Assembly (NCBI GenBank): GCA_964352425.1
Contig: CAYGRZ010000002.1
Location: 18,240 to 82,239, forward strand
DNA: 64,000 nt
Source of the DNA: an uncultured Planctomycetia bacterium
GTDB lineage: Bacteria > Omnitrophota > Gorgyraeia > 2-01-FULL-45-10
Direction: 5' to 3'
The notes below the pieces were generated by a model that was not told where the DNA came from, searched no databases, and saw nothing but the letters and a program-made list of their open reading frames with translations. The translations under genes were made by a program, and so were the position numbers. The stretch's first letter is position 1; every line of letters begins with the position of its first letter. This document shows, piece by piece, positions 58,505 through 64,000 of the stretch.

Positions 58505-58505
58505 T

Positions 58506-60290
58506 ATGAAGAAAGCGCTGATAATAGCGGCTATCCTTATCGTCCTGGCCCTGGCGGCGCTGGCGGTATTCATCCTCACATTCGATATCAACAGGTACAA
58601 AGACGCGCTCGCCTCGCAGCTTGAGTCGGTGACGGGTAATCCCGTCGAGATAGGCGCTCTCGCGCTCTCCTGGAAAGGCCAGATCGTCATGGAGGTCGAT
58701 ACCTTCAGGATATGCGACCGCCAGACCCGCGAGACGCTGCTGTCGTTCGAGGCAGCGAACGCCACAGTCCAGCTCATACCTCTTCTCCAGAAACGTTTTG
58801 AGATCTCATCGATATCCCTGACCCGTCCGATGCTCCACATCATCCGGACGAAGGACGGCCGGATAGAGGTGCTCGGCTATACCCCGAAGCCGGAGGCCGC
58901 CGCCGAACAAGGTCCTGCAGCCCGAGCCGCGAAGCAGGCGGTTGTTGCCGGGCCGGCGCTTGCGCTCGATATCGCCGCGTTCGATATACGGCAGGGCACG
59001 CTCAGGTTCCAGGACATGATGATCGATCCTCCGTCGGATGTGACGGTGCAAAGCGCCGACATTTCCGTGAAGAACATCTCTCTTACCCGCCCGGTCAGCT
59101 TCAATGCTGTGATGGCTCTCGCCGGGAAAGCGCAGAACATCTCCGCATCAGGCACTGCCGGCGGGTTCGCGATACGGCAGCCGTACTTAAAGGATTTTAA
59201 CGGCCGCTTCGATCTCGGGACTATCGGATACGACGAACTCATGAAAGCCCTTCCGCAGCTTCGCGCGGCGGGAGTGCGCGAAGGGGTGAGGGGTGTCCTT
59301 ACCCTGAAAGTGCGGGACCTCGCGTTCGCAGATAATAAGATCTCAAAGTTATCCGCCGACGTGACATTCGTCGATGGCCGCCTCGCACTCACGCAACTGC
59401 GCACGCCGCTCGAGAACATGGACCTGACCGCATCGATAGAGGGCGATACGATGACGGTGAAGTCCTTCTCCGGCACTCTTGCGAACGCGGGCATGAAGGG
59501 TTCCGGCAGGATAGACGGGATATCTGCCGCGCCGAGAACGACCCTCCAGACCACGATGGAGATCCGCGGGCTTAAGAAGTTCCTGGCGACGATGGCAGCC
59601 TCCGACCAGACGATCGACGGAAACTTAAAGATCACGTTTGACGGAACGGCGGCGGGATCGGCGTGGGAAGATATCTCGAGGACGCTTGCCGGTACGGGAA
59701 CGCTCACGCTCGATAGGGGCATGATCATCAACAGCAATATGATGCGGCAGGCGCTGGGCTCGCTCACGCTCTTCCCGGGACTTGCCGACGCGGTGCAGTC
59801 TGCCGCGCCCGAACTGCGGCAGCCGATGAACCAGAATTACACGCTCCTGAGATCGTTCAGCCAGTCCTATAGAGTGGAAGGCAGTTACATCATACTGCCG
59901 GAATTATATATCGCGACCGACTTTTTTGACCTGCGCGGCACGGCGAAGGTATCGTTCACCGGCGACCTTTCGGGCAGTGGCCTTATCCGTTTCGCGCCGC
60001 AGATCTCCGGCCGGATGATCGCCATTCTTCCGCAGATGCAGTATCTTGCCGACGGCCAGGGCCTCGTCGGGTTCCCGATAGCCTTCAAGGGGGGTGGTGG
60101 CGGCTTCAAGGTGATACCGGATATGAATTATATCGCGCAGAAGGTCGCTGTCCAGACGGCGCAGGACGCGCTGGCGGATCTCCTGACCAAGTCGGGCGGG
60201 AAGAAAGAAGGAGCCGGGGCCGCTCCTGCCGGGCAGACGAAAGCGCCCAAGATCAAGGATCTGCTGAAGGCGTTGATGAAAGAAGAGTAG
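58506..60290 (+). CDS. AsmA-family protein
   Basis: N-terminal TM, FDINRYKD, VQLIPLL, long beta-rich body. Confidence 0.85.
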   Translation: MKKALIIAAILIVLALAALAVFILTFDINRYKDALASQLESVTGNPVEIGALALSWKGQIVMEVDTFRICDRQTRETLLSFEAANATVQLIPLLQKRFEISSISLTRPMLHIIRTKDGRIEVLGYTPKPEAAAEQGPAARAAKQAVVAGPALALDIAAFDIRQGTLRFQDMMIDPPSDVTVQSADISVKNISLTRPVSFNAVMALAGKAQNISASGTAGGFAIRQPYLKDFNGRFDLGTIGYDELMKALPQLRAAGVREGVRGVLTLKVRDLAFADNKISKLSADVTFVDGRLALTQLRTPLENMDLTASIEGDTMTVKSFSGTLANAGMKGSGRIDGISAAPRTTLQTTMEIRGLKKFLATMAASDQTIDGNLKITFDGTAAGSAWEDISRTLAGTGTLTLDRGMIINSNMMRQALGSLTLFPGLADAVQSAAPELRQPMNQNYTLLRSFSQSYRVEGSYIILPELYIATDFFDLRGTAKVSFTGDLSGSGLIRFAPQISGRMIAILPQMQYLADGQGLVGFPIAFKGGGGGFKVIPDMNYIAQKVAVQTAQDALADLLTKSGGKKEGAGAAPAGQTKAPKIKDLLKALMKEE

Positions 60291-60299
60291 CCGCAGCGG

Positions 60300-62069
60300 C
60301 TACCGGAGCTGGCGGCGCATCCGCCAGATCTTCCTGATCGACTCGAAGAATATGATGACGACGAGCGCGGTCATGATTATGGAGAGTGTGGCGTTCAGGT
60401 TGCCCTGGAAGGTGTGTTTCGGCAGGTAATTTCCCGTCACGTTCTCGACGCCGGCCGCGACGGTCGTCACGAACATGAAGACCGCCGGGACGAACGTGAT
60501 GAGCCCGTAGGCCCGCCGCCGCGAATGTTTCAGGATATACACCGTCCCCACCGATAATGCCAGTGTCGCCAGGAGCTGGTTCGCCACCCCGAACATCGGC
60601 CAGATCGTCGTGATGTCGCCGTTAAAGACCAGGTATCCCCACAGGAAGCTTATCGCCCCGCCGCTTAAGATTATCGCCGGTAGTTTCGTGCTCTTCCACC
60701 TCGGCAGGCCGAGCTTGATCAGCTCGTCGACGATATACCGCGCCACGCGCGTGCCCGTGTCGACGGTGGTGAGGATAAAAAGCGCCTCGAACATGATGGC
60801 GAAATGGTACCAGTAGCCCATGAGGCCCTTCATGCCGGGGATGGATGAGAGTATGAGCGACATGCCCGCCGCAAGCGAGACCGCCCCTCCCGTCCTGCCC
60901 GCGAGCGTCTCGCCCGCCATCCGCTCGAGATCCGCAAGCTGCGTCACATTGAACCCGAGCTTATGGAACACCTCGACGGGAACGTTGATCGCGAAATAAT
61001 CGCCCGGCAGGAGCACCGTCGCGGCAATGAGCGCCATGACCGACACGACCGCCTCGACGAGCATCGCGCCGAACCCGAGCATCCGGATATCCGATTCCTT
61101 GTTGATCATCTTCGGCGTCGTGCCGGAAGCGACGAGTGAGTGAAAGCCGCTTATGGCGCCGCAGGCTATCGTGATGCAGACGAACGGCCAGACCTTGCCC
61201 GGTATGATCGGCCCGCCGCCGTGGATATAGGGCGTCACAGCGGGCATCTTCAGCTGCGGGTTCACGATAAAGATGCTTACCGCAAGGAGCGCGATCGTCC
61301 CGATCTTCATGTATGAGCTTAAGTAATCGCGCGGGCACAGGAGGAGCCACACCGGCAGTACCGACGCGATGAAGCCGTAGACGGGGAGGATGACCGACAG
61401 TGTGGGACGCGAGAAGAGGAAAAAGTGGCCGAGGGAAGATCTCGCCAGCGGTTCGCCCAGGACGACGCCGATGAGAACTATCGCGACGCCGATGATCGAC
61501 GCCTCGACGACCCTGCCCGGCCGAAGGCGGTACATGTATAACGCCATCATTAGTGCCGCCGGTATCGTCATCGCGATGGTGAATGTCGCCCACGCGCTCT
61601 CGCAGAGCGCGTTCACTACGACGAGCGCCAGTCCCGCCAGCGCCGTGACGATGATGAAGAGGATCGCGAACCCCGTTATGACGCCGGCCGTCTTCGACAC
61701 GTTTTTTCTGGCGAGCCTGGTGAGCGACAGGCCCTTCGTCCGCACGGAGGCGAAGAGGATCACCATGTCATGGACCGCGCCCCCGATGACGGCGCCGATC
61801 AGTATCCAGAGGAACCCCGGCAGGAAACCGAACTGCGCGGCCAGCACCGGGCCGACGAGCGGGCCGGCGCCCGATATCGCCGCGAAATGGTGGCCGAAGA
61901 GGACATAGCGGTTCGTGGGGTGGTAGTCCCTGCCGTCCTTGAATGTATGGGCGGGCGTCCGGATCCGGTCATTGGCGACCAGCACCTTCGTGATGATGAA
62001 TTTCGCGTAAAATCGGTACGCCAGCGCGAATACGAGCATGGCGACCACGAGCAATGTCAGGGCGTGCAT
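60300..62069 (-). CDS. cstA: Carbon starvation protein A (peptide/pyruvate transporter)
   Basis: [50 protein letters not shown]. Confidence 0.95.
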   Translation of the reverse strand: MHALTLLVVAMLVFALAYRFYAKFIITKVLVANDRIRTPAHTFKDGRDYHPTNRYVLFGHHFAAISGAGPLVGPVLAAQFGFLPGFLWILIGAVIGGAVHDMVILFASVRTKGLSLTRLARKNVSKTAGVITGFAILFIIVTALAGLALVVVNALCESAWATFTIAMTIPAALMMALYMYRLRPGRVVEASIIGVAIVLIGVVLGEPLARSSLGHFFLFSRPTLSVILPVYGFIASVLPVWLLLCPRDYLSSYMKIGTIALLAVSIFIVNPQLKMPAVTPYIHGGGPIIPGKVWPFVCITIACGAISGFHSLVASGTTPKMINKESDIRMLGFGAMLVEAVVSVMALIAATVLLPGDYFAINVPVEVFHKLGFNVTQLADLERMAGETLAGRTGGAVSLAAGMSLILSSIPGMKGLMGYWYHFAIMFEALFILTTVDTGTRVARYIVDELIKLGLPRWKSTKLPAIILSGGAISFLWGYLVFNGDITTIWPMFGVANQLLATLALSVGTVYILKHSRRRAYGLITFVPAVFMFVTTVAAGVENVTGNYLPKHTFQGNLNATLSIIMTALVVIIFFESIRKIWRMRRQLR

Positions 62070-62112
62070 AGATGAATAAGGTAATGTAAAACGGGGCCGG
62101 TGTCAAGAATTC

Positions 62113-62313
62113 TTGCGGTTACTTGCCGCCGGCTAAAGGATCGCGAAAATCTTCCGGGTCCTGCCGCTCGGTCGCCTTTCGGCGCTTGCGCGGGGTTCAC
62201 AATTAACACGCTGACAGGCGGGTGTCTGTACTGCCCCATCCCGCGCTTCGCGCCTCAAGGCTGGACCGAGCGTCACCCGTAAGATTTTCGCTTGCATATG
62301 GTGATAGCCGCAA
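62113..62313. other. Rod-like fold-back element 1 (ncRNA or non-autonomous element)
   Basis: Nested inverted repeats: TTGCGG/CCGCAA, GCGAAAATCTT/AAGATTTTCGC, CGGGT/ACCCG, CGCTCGGTC/GACCGAGCG, GCCTT/AAGGC, GGCGC/GCGCC, GCGCGGG/CCCGCGC. Confidence 0.7.
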
Positions 62314-62345
62314 TGCCCAAAAGTTCCGCCGCCCATTCCCCTTAA

Positions 62346-62634
62346 GAAAGATTTTCGGCTTTCGTAGAGTAACGGAACTTTCGGATGCGTGCCGCATCAA
62401 ACCAAGCCCGGAGGCCTGGGTGTTGAGCGGGGCCTAAAAATTGCGAGCGGGCATGGATTTTTAGCCCTTGATACCTATTACATGCTAAAAAGAGCGAGCA
62501 ATTTTTCGGAGTGTGGTTTTCCTCGCAGGGGAAAACCACACGTCCACGCGAGGCACCCAGGCCGCAAGGGCTTGCTCTACTATGTGCAAGGCACCTCCCG
62601 AAAGTAAACGCTCTCAAGAAGCCGAAAATCTTTC
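62346..62634. other. Rod-like fold-back element 2 with a branched apex
   Basis: GAAAGATTTTCGGCTT/AAGCCGAAAATCTTTC, ACTTTCGG/CCGAAAGT, GTGCC/GGCAC, CAAGCCC/GGGCTTG, GGCCTGGGTG/CACCCAGGCC; apex hairpins AAAAATTGC/GCAATTTTT, TTTTTAGC/GCTAAAAA, GTGTGGTTTTCC/GGAAAACCACAC. Confidence 0.75.
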
Positions 62635-62698
62635 CCTCCCATGTTTTTGCTTGGCGTTTTCGCCTCTGGGGGTTATAATTATTGCACAAAGAGGGCTC

Positions 62699-64000
62699 AT
62701 GAAACGATCAAAAACCGTTCGAACGGTACGCGTGATACTCCTGACGCTGTGCGCGGCAAGTTTTATCCTCGTCGCCGGGCAGGCATGTTTCTACATGACT
62801 TCCTTGAACGAGCTCTCGCGTTCGGCCGACACCATCATGTCGATAGAAGCGACACGGGCCGTCGAGCAGCTCACCGTGCAGCTTCGCAAGGCCGGCCCCG
62901 CGGGCCTCACGCCCGACGCCCTTGCCGATATCTGCGGCTCTTTCAGGTTCGGCGATACCGGCTACGGATATCTCCTGTCCCGCGACGGAAAGTTCCTCTA
63001 CCATCCGATACATGACGCCGTCGAGTCGCAGAGGACGATATTCGAGATCCTCTCGGAGCGCAAAACACCGCAGGCCGAGAAGATCATCGATGTCACCAGG
63101 AAGGCGCTGGCCGGCCACGCCGTCTCGCACGACATCACTAATCCCGAAACAGGCCAGCATTTCAGGCTGCTGTACCGCCCGGTCGCGGATACGGGCTGGG
63201 TGCTCGCCGCGGTCTTTTCGAAAGACGAGATGTCTGCCGACGGCGGGTTCCTGCGCAGGATGAAGATGTGGGCGGCGCTCTGGCTCGTCCTGTTCCTTAC
63301 GCTCTCCATCGCTGTGCTCGTCCGCGTCTATGAGATGGAGCCGTGGAAGCTCTGGCTGATCGCCGCCACGTTCTCCATCATGAGCGCGCTCGGCGCGCTC
63401 TTCATCTGGTACCTGACGCTCTCGGCGCCGCTCATAGAAGAGAAGGACAAGCTCATCTTTAACGACACGGTCTCGCTCAAGGCGTTCGTCAACGACCACT
63501 CGAGGACGATGCTGCGTCTCGGCAAGAGGCCGCCCGCCTACATACCCACCGGCATCTATATACAGTCGCTCGAATTCACCGGCGCCAACGACCTTGATGT
63601 GACGGGCTATGTCTGGCAGCACTACACCGACGGCCTCCATGACGCCGTCACGCGGGGTTTCATAATGCCGGAGGCGCGCGACCTCACCGTAAAGGAAGCC
63701 TACCGGCGCAAGGCAGGCACAACCGAGGTCATAGGCTGGTATTTCGAGGCGGTCATACGCCAGCGGTTCGATTATTCGAGGTATCCGTTCGACAGGCCGA
63801 ACATATGGATATGGCTGCGCCCCTCGGACTTCGCGAATAATGTCGTCCTCGTGCCGGACCTCGCCGCATACAAATTCCTGGCACCCTCCTCGCTGCCGGG
63901 GCTGCAGGAAGAGGTGGCACTCCCCGGCTACACATTTCTCGGAACGTTCTTTGACCGCGAATTCCATCTCAGGCGGACCAATTACGGCATGCAGCTCCGG
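62699..64000 (+). CDS. Cache-domain protein with a pentameric ligand-gated ion channel-like domain (partial, runs off window; not in ORF track)
   Basis: Open from ATG 62699 to the window end; N-terminal TM; GDTGYGYLLSRDGKFLYHP..TGWVL Cache motif; two TMs; PTGIYIQSLEF, GYVWQ, FDYSRYPFD. Confidence 0.8.
   Translation, partial: MKRSKTVRTVRVILLTLCAASFILVAGQACFYMTSLNELSRSADTIMSIEATRAVEQLTVQLRKAGPAGLTPDALADICGSFRFGDTGYGYLLSRDGKFLYHPIHDAVESQRTIFEILSERKTPQAEKIIDVTRKALAGHAVSHDITNPETGQHFRLLYRPVADTGWVLAAVFSKDEMSADGGFLRRMKMWAALWLVLFLTLSIAVLVRVYEMEPWKLWLIAATFSIMSALGALFIWYLTLSAPLIEEKDKLIFNDTVSLKAFVNDHSRTMLRLGKRPPAYIPTGIYIQSLEFTGANDLDVTGYVWQHYTDGLHDAVTRGFIMPEARDLTVKEAYRRKAGTTEVIGWYFEAVIRQRFDYSRYPFDRPNIWIWLRPSDFANNVVLVPDLAAYKFLAPSSLPGLQEEVALPGYTFLGTFFDREFHLRRTNYGMQLR

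Noticed and set aside
8284-58505. Long N-terminal extensions in track ORFs (8284, 12553, 20112, 35985, 36699, 42312, 53748, 57371, 58377) as fusions or frameshifts
   Set aside because: The extensions overlap upstream genes or promoters. Internal ATGs with an RBS or signal peptide give normal-length proteins.
62374-62401. GGAACTT...TCAAA as a third ECF promoter
   Set aside because: Spacing is one base shorter and the -10 differs from the two local copies. It also lies in a paired stem, so chance is likely.
649-63967. Many long opposite-strand or off-frame ORFs (e.g. 649-2007, 8743-10140, 24370-25626, 30615-31766, 62708-63967)
   Set aside because: They overlap genes with clear family motifs and are typical shadow ORFs of high-GC coding DNA.

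Overview
GC-rich bacterial chromosome segment, almost all coded on the + strand. Most long minus-strand ORFs in the track are antisense shadows. The gene content points to a diderm (LptF, TolC, LamB, AsmA). Candidatus Omnitrophota or a similar PVC-type lineage is my guess from PilZ proteins, CxxC-x17-CxxC proteins, GH144-CBM9 and frequent ATA/AGG codons; this is not established. The window holds housekeeping genes (trxB, tRNA-Phe, rlmI-like, tatA/tatC, der, glgB, cstA), a TolC/HlyD/ABC exporter, a maltodextrin/sugar uptake locus, an ECF sigma/anti-sigma/Spy module and a lexA/Y-family polymerase cassette. I found no CRISPR array, rRNA, transposase or integrase. The most unusual signals are: (1) two adjacent rod-like fold-back elements at 62113-62634 sharing a 10-mer four times; (2) a Cache-domain plus pentameric ligand-gated-channel-like ORF missing from the ORF track; (3) a terminator/promoter module repeated at 50.1-56.5 kb; (4) a GAAC-N4-GTTC operator filling the lexA promoter spacer; (5) twin ECF promoters; (6) two pseudoenzymes (a His-less histidine kinase and a Zn-less archaemetzincin); (7) several REP-like palindrome families, two of which have altered protein sequences; (8) a probable tRNA-derived att junction at the left edge. 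All calls come from reading motifs by eye; no database searches or folding programs were run.
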